Assembly (NCBI GenBank): GCA_963555825.3
Contig: CAUVXB020000002.1
Coordinates: forward strand, 384,001-448,000
Reading direction: 5' to 3'
Source: Alphaproteobacteria bacterium
GTDB taxonomy: Bacteria > Pseudomonadota > Alphaproteobacteria > JAAXGF01
Length of the DNA: 64,000 nt
How positions within the stretch are numbered: the first letter of the stretch is position 1; each line of letters opens with the position of its first letter. Below, in pieces: positions 21,731 through 31,689 of the stretch. The notes under the pieces were generated by a model. The model was not told where the DNA came from. It worked only from the letters and a program-made list of their open reading frames with translations, and searched no databases. The translations under genes were made by a program, and so were the position numbers.

Positions 21731-22237
21731 ATGGCCACGACCGAACGCATCGATCTGCCGACGCTCTCGCCCGGCACCGACCGCCACATCCAGGTACGCC
21801 GCTACGGCCGGCCCGGCGCGCGTCCCAAGGCCTATATCCAGGCCTCGGTGCACGCCGACGAGATGCCCGGCGTCTTCTGCGTCCACCACCTGACGCCGCT
21901 CCTCGACCAGGCCGACCGCGACGGCGCGGTCACCGGCGAGATCGTCGTCGTGCCCTTCGCCAACCCGATCGGCCTGGCCCAGGACCTCTCGGGCCACCAC
22001 TACGGCCGCTTCGACCTCGCCAGCCGCGAGAACTTCAACCGCGGCTACCCGTGGCTCGGCCCGAAGATCTTCGAGCGGGTCGGCGACGATCTGGGCGCCG
22101 ACGCCGAGACCAACGCCGGGCTGATCCGCCGGGCCGCGCTGGCCTGCCTCGCCGAGACCCGCGCGACCACCGAGTTCGATCACCTGCGCATCGCGCTGAT
22201 GAGCCATGCGGTCGATGCCGACCTCGGCACTGCATAG
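21731..22237 (+). pseudogene. Succinylglutamate desuccinylase/aspartoacylase family, 5' half, truncated at the island edge
   Basis: QASVHADEMPG, PFANPIG, GRFDL..RENFNR; stops after about 168 aa where GC drops. Confidence 0.8.
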
Positions 22238-22883
22238 CAAACTGCTAGAAATAACTTGTCTCACATGCTAGCATTTATCGAGTCAACTTGGCCCATCGAC
22301 GCGACCGGAACTGCCATGTGCTACGGTAACTTCGATAGGCGCGCAGAAACATCTGGGTACTGACCCGAAGCTAAGAAGCAGAGTGCACAGCATGTCTGAC
22401 AACACACCCGCGGCCCCACCTCCACCGGAACCAAGCGCCCCACGGCCTGTGCCAGGACCAGAACCTGCTAGCTCGCGCGGATGGAAATCGGAACTAATAA
22501 GCCTCATTCGATTTTCTTTTGGCCCGCTTTTGGGAGCAGTAGTACTTACGGCCACCTTTATTGGCGGGATCTACTTTTATAGGGCTCAAGATTTTGATCA
22601 AATTCGCACTGTCAATGATGTTTTGACAAAACGTTGACTCGTGTTGCCAGCGTCTCAGACGAGAATATGAAGACAGCTGCTAAGATAATAAAACTTCAGA
22701 ATGAAGTTGTTAACAGCACAATTCGAGGAGTTGAAGTTAGTGAAGAATTGCAAAAGAAAAGTAGCGAACTTTCGAAGAAAATTGCTGATGCGACTGTTGC
22801 GGAGGGGCTCGCAAAGTTGGAGGTCAAAAGGGCAAGCTTTCTAGAGAAGCAAGCGCTTAGCGAAAAGTTGACGACGGAAAAGG

Positions 22884-23666
22884 AGCGCGACAAGGCCAAG
22901 GCAGAGGCGGAGACGGCACGGTTGGAGGCAACGGAAGAGCGCAAGAATGGCCGAGGATGCTCGACAGGAGGTAGCTAAAGCGACCAAGTCAGCCGCTGTA
23001 GCGTTGGAGCAGGCGGAGGCGGCCGGAAGAGAAGCGGCAACCGCGACCGCAGATCGCGACGAGGCCAAGGGAGAGGCGGAGACGGCACGGTTGGAGGCAA
23101 CGGAAGAGCGCAAGAAGGCCGAGGATGCTCGACAGGAGGTAGCTAAAGCGACCAAGTCAGCCGCTGTAGCGTTGGAGCAGGCGGAGGCGGCCGGAAGAGA
23201 AGCGGCAACCGCGACCGCAGATCGCGACGAGGCCAAGGCACAGGCGGAGACGGCACGGTTAGAGGCAACGGAAGAGCGCAAGAAGGCCGAGGATGCTCGA
23301 CAGGAAGTAGCTAAAGCGACCAAGTCAGCCACTGTAGCGTTGGAGCAGGCGGAGGCGGCCGGAAGAGAAGCGACAACCGCGACCGCAGATCGCGACGAGG
23401 CACAGGCGGAGACGGCACGGTTGGAGGCAACGGAAGAGCGCAAGAAGGCCGAGGATGCTCGACAGGAGGTAGCTAAAGCGACCAAGTCAGCCGCTGTAGC
23501 GTTGGAGCAGGCGGAGGCGGCCGGAAGAGAAGCGGCAACCGCGACCGCAGATCGCGACGAGGCCAAGGCACAGGCGGAGACGGCACGGTTGGAGGCAACG
23601 GAAGAGCGCAAGAAGGCCGAGGATGCTCGACAGGAAGTAGCTGAAGCGACCAAATCTGCTGCTGTC
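22884..23666 (+). repeat. Coding tandem repeat, 168-bp (56-aa) unit, about 4.7 copies
   Basis: GATCGCGAC anchors at 23052, 23220, 23388 and 23550 (spacing 168, 168, 162). Confidence 0.95.
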
Positions 23667-24289
23667 GCCGAAGAACGAGCAGCATCCCTGACTAAGGATA
23701 ATGAGAATAGGTTAGATAATCTACGACTGTTATGGGATAAGGTCCAGAGAGCTAATCGTGAAAAGCAGTCAGCCGAAGAGGAGGAAAAGCGTGCTCAGGC
23801 TCAAATAACGGACCTCAGAGCTGAAGCAGAGAGACTAAATGCTCATCTTTCTACCTTAAAGAAACAAGAGATTCAATATTTGCGAGATGACTTGGAGGAA
23901 ATTATTTCTGAACGCCTTCGGGACATTGTCACATGGCGAGAAAAGGCGAGTGCACTTGCAAAATCGATTGTTGAGAACGACGATGAAGATGGACGATTGC
24001 TGTAAGTTGAGATTTTGAAAGACGCATCCACGTCACAAGCGCTGCCAGAGACGGTCATCAAAGCTTACTCCTCTGACCGTTCACGGGAGAATTTCGAGAG
24101 GATACGGCATATAATTGGAATTACAGCAGATCAATTCCAGGACATAGTTCAAGACGGAGCTAATTACAAGATGTGGATACATGTTCAGAAATTTGGGTAC
24201 TTTGGAACACTAGTGAATACAGGTGAAATTCCGATCGATGTATTGTTGTTCAGATACTTTGATAACAATATAATTTCAGATGTACGACT

Positions 24290-25044
24290 CTTGCCTATCC
24301 GGTTATCACCCACACCCACTATATGTAGTGTGTCTCCTTGGACTGCAGGCAAGGGCCGGCGCAGGCGCATTGAGGAGGCGATCCGGCTAATTCTTGATTG
24401 TTCTGAAAACCGAACCGGAGTTTAATTCACGTCACGTACTTAACATCGGGGGACGGAACGGTGGCGACCAAGGGAAAAACGAAGAAACCCACGGCCAGAC
24501 GGGAAGCTGCTGATGAAACGACATCGTCTGAGCGATTGACGGCACTAGTCGAAGAAAGCGACGCGCTGGCACGAATCGTTGCGAAGAACCCGTCCGCGCC
24601 TGTTAGTCTCCTGCGCGTTTTGAGTCGCAGCGAAGACGAAGCGACACGCAAGAACGTGATCCTCAATCCGTTTACTCCATATGACGTATTGAGCGAACTT
24701 GAAAACCAGTTCACAGAGCTATTTGTGAATAATCCGGCACTCGAATCCTACAATTCAATGAAGCTCTGATTTCCTGGAATATTCCATCGGTGTCGTTCAC
24801 CTCCGATTTCAGATAAATTTCAATGAAGTGACGGTCCTTTATGCAACGTGGCGTTTTGCCAAATCCGACTCAATGATTAGGATTTCCACCACGCTAAAGT
24901 GTCGCCTAAAAGCCGCTACAATGCCGTCCGAGTCCCTGCTCGGCATCGCCGGAGATATCTCCGCTTCGACCTGCACCGAGCTTTACTCAGGAAAATGGGT
25001 GCACACTACATATAGTGGGTGTGGGTGATAACCGGATAGGCAAG
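24290..25044. mobile_element. Non-autonomous IS1595-family (ISSod11-type ends) element carrying a passenger gene
   Basis: Perfect 43-bp TIRs (CTTGCCTATCCGGTTATC...) at 24290-24332 and 25002-25044; 8-bp TSD GTACGACT at 24282 and 25045; no transposase inside. Confidence 0.9.
24461..24769 (+). CDS. Leucine-rich-repeat-variant (LRV)-like protein, probably truncated, passenger of the MITE
   Basis: VAKNPSAPVSLLRVLS and RKNVILNPFTPYDVLSEL resemble xxNPxTPxxxL repeats; GGGGA RBS. Confidence 0.6.
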   Translation: MATKGKTKKPTARREAADETTSSERLTALVEESDALARIVAKNPSAPVSLLRVLSRSEDEATRKNVILNPFTPYDVLSELENQFTELFVNNPALESYNSMKL

Positions 25045-25340
25045 GTACGACTTTGGTCAAGATATTCTTCAGTTAGGCTTCCATCGTTCGATGATTGGTA
25101 TCAAACACGTACCTACCGCGTGTATCTTGATGCAGATTCATTCTCTGCATTTCGAATTACAAAAGAAGAGAGCGAACGTGGATGGAACCTCTTCGATAAG
25201 GATGATATTGGTGCAGAACTCATTTTTGGTCATCCTAGCGTTATTCCACACTTGGGACCTGATCAATTTTTGAATTACTACGGAATGCCACATGCACTAG
25301 ATACAAGAAAAGGTGGATCAGAGGTCCTGTTCATCTTAGA

Positions 25341-26273
25341 GTCCGGCCGAATAAGAGTTGAGTGGAATCAGTCACTTGTGTTTCCTTCGTTGTGGTTGAA
25401 CAGCGATGGAGGCACAAGATGTGGACCGAGACCACGACCCAAATATGAGCGCAAGGGGCTGCGCTATGCAAGCGATCTTACCGAGGCGGAGCGGGCGCGT
25501 GCTCGGCCCGCTGCTGCCGCCATTCCGGCTGGGACGCCCGCGAACGACGGACCTGCGCGAGGTGGTGAACGCGATCCTGCATGGCGCGCACGGGTTGCCA
25601 GTGGCGGATGCATCGAAGGGCGCCGAAGGACTTTCCGCCGAAGAGCACGGTCCAGGAGTACTTCTACGCTTGACGCACGCGAGGCGACGCTGAACCGATC
25701 AACCACGAGCTGCTCATGCGGCACGCGAGGCCGAGGGCCGAGAGGCCAGCCCGTCCGCCGGTGTCGATCGACAGCCAGTCGGTGAAATTTCCCGGAACGG
25801 TCGGCGGTCGCGGGTATGCGACGCCGGCAAGTTGGTTAAGGGGCGCAAGCGCCAATATCCTCGGACACCACGCGGTCGTCGCCGGCATGGTTCACGCCGT
25901 CCGATATCCAGGACCGCTCGGCGCGCCGCCCTGCTCGCCTCGACCGATGGGCCGACGCCTGGAAAATGCGCCACGTACATGCCGCCGATGGCGCCTACGC
26001 CGGACCGAAACTCGGCAAGGCGTCTGGAAAAGATCGGCCAGTGGACGCTGGACTCATCGTCAAGCGAAGCGACCGACGTGATCCGGGCTTCAAGGTCCTG
26101 CCCCGGCGTTGGGTGGTGGAGCGCACCTTTGCCTGGCTCGGTCGCAACCGCCGTCTCGCCAAGGGACTTCGAGGCCACCATCGCCAGCGCCGAGGCCTGG
26201 CTCATGATCGCTGCATCCAACGTTCACACGAAGGATCGCAAGGCTTTGAAATCCAAACAATTCATTCCCGGCC
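25341..26273 (+). mobile_element. Degenerate tandem copy of the IS5-family element (many indels, possible assembly artefact)
   Basis: Colinear with 26282-27203 but full of small indels. Confidence 0.75.
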
Positions 26274-26281
26274 ATCTTAGA

Positions 26282-27203
26282 GTCCGGCCGAATAAGAGTT
26301 GAGTGGAATCAGTCACTTGTGTTTCCTTCGTTGTGGTTGAACAGCGATGGAGGCACAAGATGTGGACCGAGACCACTCGACCCAAATATGAGCGCAAGGG
26401 GCTGCGCTATGCAAGCGATCTTACCGAGGCGGAGTGGGGCGTCTCGGCCCGCTGCTGCCGCCATGCAAACGGCTGGGACGCCCGCGAACGACGGACCTGC
26501 GCGAGGTGGTGAACGCGATCCTGTACATGGCGCGCACGGGTTGCCAGTGGCGGATGTTGCCGAAGGACTTTCCGCCGAAGAGCACGGTCCAGGAGTACTT
26601 CTACGCTTGGCGCACCGAGGCGACGCTGAACGGGATCAACCACGAGCTGCTCATGCGCGCGCGCGAGGCCGAGGGCCGAGAGGCCAGCCCGTCCGCCGGT
26701 GTGATCGACAGCCAGTCGGTGAAAACCACGGAAAGCGGCGGCCCGCGCGGGTTCGACGCCGGCAAGTTGGTTAAGGGGCGCAAGCGCCATATCCTCACCG
26801 ACACCGGCGGGCGGCTCGTCGCCGGCATGGTTCACGCCGCCCATATCCAGGACCGCGACGGCGCGCCGCCGCTGCTCGCCTCGATCCGATGGGCCTTCCC
26901 CTGGCTGCGCCACGTCTTCGCCGATGGCGCCTACGCCGGACCGAAACTCGGCAAGGCGCTGGAAAAGATCGGCCAGTGGACGCTGGAGATCGTCAAGCGA
27001 AGCGACGACGTGACGGGCTTCAAGGTCCTGCCCCGGCGTTGGGTGGTGGAGCGCACCTTTGCCTGGCTCGGTCGCAACCGCCGTCTCGCCAAAGACTTCG
27101 AGGCCACCATCGCCAGCGCCGAGGCTGGCTCATGATCGCAAGCATCCAACTCCTCACACGAAGGATCGCAAGGCTTTGAAATCAGAACAATTCATTCCCG
27201 GCC
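26282..27203 (+). mobile_element. IS5 family element (IS1031-like); transposase 26360-27179 with two 1-nt deletions
   Basis: [48 protein letters not shown]; 12-bp direct repeat GTTCATCTTAGA at 25329 and 27204 flanks the tandem pair. Confidence 0.9.
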
Positions 27204-27684
27204 GTTCATCTTAGACATGTACGATAGATCGAAAGGGTTCAACATTTCGCGTAGCGAGGATCTGAATCTAAATCTAATATCAAATCCTCGCCTTCGTGGC
27301 CTATTTGTAAAACTGGTCAATGCGGCGGTGGAAAAGAACCAAGAAAGTATCCAGAATTTTATCGACTCATCCATTAATCTAAATGTAGGCGGAAAGATCG
27401 CGGCTGCTGTGTTGCACCCATCATTTACTATCGTGGCTGAGTAACTGAAAACTATTGGTACTGAAAATGAAGATGAGGAAATGGTTGAGATTCTCTGCAG
27501 ATATCAGAGACTTGACGGCATTATGCGTGAATGCTCGTTTGTATTTCGAATTAACAAAAAATCTTCGCAAGTCGAACTACATGGTTTCAAGGAACGGCGC
27601 TGAAACCTGGCTGTGGACTCATTATCGGGCAACCGAATGGAAATGGCAGCGAGCGTGATCATGGCCACCCAACGAGGATGGCAG

Positions 27685-27780
27685 GGCGACCGCTTCGTGC
27701 GCGCCGGCGACTGCATCTTCCGCATCGCCGCCGACGCGCCGCTGCCCCATCGCGAAGGCCTCTCGCCGCTCGACGACTAA
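27685..27780 (+). pseudogene. C-terminal remnant of the desuccinylase-family gene that starts at 21731
   Basis: GC rises again; reads GDRFVRAGDCIFRIAADAPLPHREGLSPLDD*, typical of the family C-terminus. Confidence 0.6.
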
Positions 27781-28948
27781 TATCAACGGGCATTAATCAG
27801 AACCCATGGGCCCATTTTCGGCGTCCGATCGACATGATCTTCCAGGGTTGATCGATGAGCCTGTTCCAGGCTTCGCAACACAGCGCGACGATATCGTCGT
27901 AGGTCTTGAATATCCTGTTGGAAAGCCAGTTATCGCGCATGAACTGCCATATGTTTTCGACGGGGTTCAGCTCGGGCGCTCTTGGTGGCAAGAACATCAA
28001 TGTGATGTTGGATGGGATCTCGAGCCTGCCGGTGGTGTGCCATCCGGCCCGGTCGATGATGAGTACAGCGTGAGCGCCTGGTGTCACCAGGGCCGAGATT
28101 TCATCAAGATGCCATTGCATGGCCTGAGTGTTGCAGCGGGGCAGGACAAGGCCCGCACCGACACCGCGCGCGGGACAGATGGCACCAAAGATATAGGCCG
28201 ACTTCGTGCGTTGGTCCCGGAGCGCCGTGGGTCGGCTGCCGCGTCGCGCCCAGCGCCGGGTGAGCATGGTTTTCTGGCCGACCCGGGCCTCATCTTGCCA
28301 CCAAATTTCTATCGCGGTGTTGGCCGGGAGCCTGGCTCGGATCTCCCCCAACCCGGCGGGGAAGTTTTTTTTAAATCCTCGACGGCAAACTCGTTCTGCC
28401 CCTTGTGGCGTGGTCGCGCCGATATCTTGCGAAACCCCAGCGCCCTCAATTCACGGCCCACCGTCGTCTCATCAACCGAAATGCGGAACTCTTCGAATAT
28501 CCAATGCGCCAGGTCCTTTCGGCGCCAACGCACGACACCGTGGATCGCCGGAATCGGTCCGCTCTCAACAAGCCGAGCGAGCGCTTGTCGCTGCCTGTCA
28601 TTGAGCTTGGCCGGCTTGCCTGTCGCCTTGCCGTCAATCAGACCATCCGGCCCCTTGGCGTTGAAACGGAGAACCCAGTCACGGACCACCTGGAGCCCGA
28701 CAGTACCGATCCGCGCCGCCTCCGTGCGACGGCCACCATCGTAAATCTCAGCCAGCGCAAGAAGCCGCCGGCTCTGTCCAGCATCCTTCGACGCCTTGGC
28801 TAACCGCCGAAGCGCCGGACCATCAAAATCTTCCCGTAACGCAACCGCTCTGCCCATAGCGAACCTCCGTATCAGTTCGCCTCATTGATTCAGACTTCTT
28901 GCCGTTTGGGAATCCCCTAAATGAGTCTCCTTCAATGCTCGATGGTAT
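27781..28948 (-). mobile_element. IS630 family element, two-ORF type with -1 frameshift
   Basis: orfA 28309-28857 (HTH) and orfB 27797-28351 (WQDEAR, DRAGWH, PELNPVENIW); A8 slippery run at 28365-28372; imperfect TIRs. Confidence 0.92.
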
Positions 28949-28991
28949 AAGTATGTGCGACCTCACCCGCCCACTTAAACGTAGGCAGCCA

Positions 28992-29085
28992 TTTTAACGT
29001 AAGCAGTATACATCTAACGTTGTATGAGTGAGCTCTTGGCACTGGCGTCTGACTACTGTAAATCATATACTGCTTACATTTAAAA
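28992..29085. repeat. AT-rich inverted repeat (GTAAGCAGTATA / TATACTGCTTAC)
   Basis: Perfect 12-bp arms at 28999-29010 and 29066-29077, extendable by TTTTAA. Confidence 0.55.
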
Positions 29086-29097
29086 ATTCCGTCCCCC

Positions 29098-29772
29098 GTG
29101 CTATGGTTGTCAGATGAGCAAGACCCCCCCCCCCCCCAGCCAGCCGACGAACGCCTCGAGGATGAATTCGTGACCGGCGCCTATGGCCTCGACGGGCTCG
29201 ACGATTCGCTCCGCTTCTATGCCGAATGGGCCGAGCGCTATGACGAGCGCATGGAGGGCCGTCTCCGCTATGTCGCGCCGCGCGTCATGGCCGAGCGCTT
29301 GGCTGCCCATCTCGACGACCGCTCGGCCGCCATCCTCGACATCGGCTGCGGCACGGGGCTGACCTGCCAGTATCTCGCCAACCTCGGTTTCTCGACCTGC
29401 GACGGCATCGACGTCACGCCGGCGATGATCGCCAAATCACGCCAACGCGGCATATACCGCGATCTCTACGAGGCCGACATCACCAAGCCGCTCGACCTGC
29501 CGGACGCGGCCTATGACGCGGCGATCTCGTCGGGCACCTTCACACACGGCCACGTCGGCTCCGAGGCGATTCCCGAGATCGTGCGCATCCTCAAGCCGGG
29601 CGCCCTATTGGCCTGCTCGATCCACAAGGACGTCTGGCAAACGAAGGGCTTCGAGGCCGCGTTCGACGCGCTCGAAGCGGCCGGTGCCATGCGCGCGGTC
29701 GACATTCATCTCGACGAATTCTTCACCGGCCTCGGCAAGATCGGGATGTACTGCGTCTTCGAGCGGCTTTGA
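29098..29772 (+). CDS. Class I SAM-dependent methyltransferase with a C14 tract near the start
   Basis: YAEWAERYD, ILDIGCGTG, DGIDV, GTFTHGHV; true start may be ATG 29114. Confidence 0.88.
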   Translation: MLWLSDEQDPPPPQPADERLEDEFVTGAYGLDGLDDSLRFYAEWAERYDERMEGRLRYVAPRVMAERLAAHLDDRSAAILDIGCGTGLTCQYLANLGFSTCDGIDVTPAMIAKSRQRGIYRDLYEADITKPLDLPDAAYDAAISSGTFTHGHVGSEAIPEIVRILKPGALLACSIHKDVWQTKGFEAAFDALEAAGAMRAVDIHLDEFFTGLGKIGMYCVFERL

Positions 29773-29774
29773 CT

Positions 29775-29974
29775 GACGCATAATCCGATCGACTGAATTT
29801 GGTCGGATTCTAACAGCCTGCGCCAGTCTTAATGGGACAAGAGGGGGGCCGCCGACCGTTCAGCCACCCTTGATCCCATAAGAACGGCTTGATCCCACAA
29901 GATTGGCATGCGCGGCGATTGAGCGCAGGTCACCAAAGGTGACCGCACAAAAAAGGTGACCGCACAAAACTCTA
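29775..29974 (+). repeat. Modular intergenic repeat, copy B
   Basis: Same core as copy A plus three CTT-N8-AAG modules; ends at the TAG stop of the SDR gene. Confidence 0.88.
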
Positions 29975-30721
29975 CCCAAAAAACTGGCCGCCGTTGACGT
30001 GGATCGTCTGGCCGGTCATCTGGCGCGAATCGTCGGACGCCAGGAAGACCGCGGCGTCGGCGATCTCGTCGGGCGCGACCAGGCGGCCGAGCGGCATAGC
30101 CCGGGCCATGTCGGCGAGTTCCTCCTCGGTGTTGCCATAGCGCGGCTGCGCGGTGTCTGTGAGGCCCGGCGCGATTGCGTTGACCCGGATGCCGTGGCGC
30201 GCGAGTTCGAGCGCCGCGGCGCGGGTCAGGCCGACCAGACCGCCCTTGCTCGTCGCGTAATGCACGCCGCGCGTGCCGCCGGTGAACGCGACGATCGAGG
30301 CGATGTTGATGATCGCGCCCGGCACGCCGCGCGCCACCATGGCGTTCGCCGCGTCGCGCGCGGCGAGAAACGCGCCCTTGAGGTTGACGTCGATTACCGC
30401 GTCCCAATCGGCCGTGGTTGCCGCGAGGAAGTCGACGCGCGGGAAGATGCCGGCGTTGTTGACCATGATGTCAACCCCGCCGAAGCCATCGGCGGCGCCG
30501 ATCATGCGGCCGATGTCGGCCTCTTCAGTGACGCTGCCCTGGACCACCGCGGCGCGGCCGCCGGCCGCCTCGATGCGCCGGACGACCGCCTCGGCGGCGG
30601 CGCGGCCGTCGAGGTAGTTGACGACCACTGCCGCGCCCTCGCGCGCAAAGGCCACCGCGATCGCCGCGCCGATGCCCTGCTGTGCCCCGGTCACCACCGC
30701 GACCCTGTTTGCCAATCTCAT
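29972..30721 (-). CDS. SDR family oxidoreductase
   Basis: TGAQQGIG, NNAG, YATSK, VNAIAPG. Confidence 0.93.
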   Translation of the reverse strand: MRLANRVAVVTGAQQGIGAAIAVAFAREGAAVVVNYLDGRAAAEAVVRRIEAAGGRAAVVQGSVTEEADIGRMIGAADGFGGVDIMVNNAGIFPRVDFLAATTADWDAVIDVNLKGAFLAARDAANAMVARGVPGAIINIASIVAFTGGTRGVHYATSKGGLVGLTRAAALELARHGIRVNAIAPGLTDTAQPRYGNTEEELADMARAMPLGRLVAPDEIADAAVFLASDDSRQMTGQTIHVNGGQFFG

Positions 30722-31683
30722 GGAGCTTCCCGGTTAAGGTTGGTCGGTCTCGCCGACGGGCGGCGGTTGGGGCGCGGGTTGACCAGGAAGAGGCCCGCGA
30801 ACATGACCGCGAGCGCGGCCCAGACCCAGGCGCTGTGCCGCTCGGCTAAGATCGCGATGCCCCACAAGACGCCCGAGGCGGTGACCAGATAGCCGGTCTG
30901 CGCGGCGAACACGGGGCCGGCGATGCGCACCAGCTCGATATACATCAGATAGCCGACGGTGTTGACCACGACCAGCACCACGATCCACCACTCGATCTCG
31001 CCCCAGGGCAGCGCCAGCGAGACCCAGCCGTCGGTCGCCCAGACCAGCGGCGCGAGCATCGCCGCGCCGGCCAACTGCATGCCGCAGAGCAGCACGATAG
31101 CGTCGCTGCCGGCCGGCCGGCGCAGCGCGATGAACAGGTTCTCCGACGCGTACGACGCCGGCACGACGAGCGCGAGCAGCACCCAGCCGACCATCGCCGG
31201 ATGTGGCAAGCCCGCCTCGGGCACGACGATCATCAGAATGGCGAGCAGGCCGAGCACGATGCCCAACGCGCGCAGCGCCTCGGCGCGTTCGAGGCCAAGG
31301 CCGAGTGCGAAGACATAGGTCATCAGCGGTACCAGCACGATGACGATGGCCAGCACGCCGGCCGGCAGGTGGGGCGCCGCCGAGTAAAGCACCGCCGTCG
31401 GCAGCGCCGTGCCGAGCAGGCCGGCGACGACGTAGAACACCAGGTAGTCGCGCCTGAGCGGCGGCAGGCGGCGCCGGGCGAGGCAGTAGGGCAGCAGAAT
31501 GACGCCGCCGAAGAAGCCGGCGATCAGCGACAGGCCGAAGGGATGCGCGCCAGCCTCGGTGACCAGCTTGGCGGCCGGGAAGCTGAGGCCCCAGATCGCG
31601 CCGCCGACGAACAGGAGCGCCAGCGCGAGCGCCAGGCGCGCGCCGTGGAGCCGGTTCTCAGGCGTGGTGTCGGGCGCCGCCAC
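30718..31683 (-). CDS. DMT/EamA family transporter
   Basis: About 10 TMs in two repeats; GPVFAAQTGY, WGIAILAE. Confidence 0.9.
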   Translation of the reverse strand: MAAPDTTPENRLHGARLALALALLFVGGAIWGLSFPAAKLVTEAGAHPFGLSLIAGFFGGVILLPYCLARRRLPPLRRDYLVFYVVAGLLGTALPTAVLYSAAPHLPAGVLAIVIVLVPLMTYVFALGLGLERAEALRALGIVLGLLAILMIVVPEAGLPHPAMVGWVLLALVVPASYASENLFIALRRPAGSDAIVLLCGMQLAGAAMLAPLVWATDGWVSLALPWGEIEWWIVVLVVVNTVGYLMYIELVRIAGPVFAAQTGYLVTASGVLWGIAILAERHSAWVWAALAVMFAGLFLVNPRPNRRPSARPTNLNREAP

Positions 31684-31689
31684 GCGCGT

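Larger units (their letters stand above)
22392..27603 (+). pseudogene. Large TM-anchored coiled-coil repeat protein, broken by a MITE, IS5, two frameshifts and two in-frame TAA
   Basis: Excising 24290-25052 gives ISDVRLWSRY in frame; excising IS5 gives EVLFILDMYDR in frame; the frame continues across TAA 24003 and TAA 27442 to TGA 27601. Confidence 0.7.

Noticed and set aside
22226-22241. GGCACTGCATAGCAAA as an IS6-like terminal repeat at the island edge
   Set aside because: No matching inverted partner or TSD found at the other junction.
22884-23666. Repeat array as a CRISPR
   Set aside because: Contiguous 168-bp in-frame coding units with no unique spacers and no cas genes.
24003-27444. 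TAA read-through or recoding at the two in-frame stops
   Set aside because: TAA ends ordinary genes elsewhere in the window, and the gene is already broken by ISs, so nonsense decay is simpler.
28365-28372. IS630 frameshift as pseudogenisation or novelty
   Set aside because: A -1 shift on an A-run is standard for two-ORF IS630 elements.
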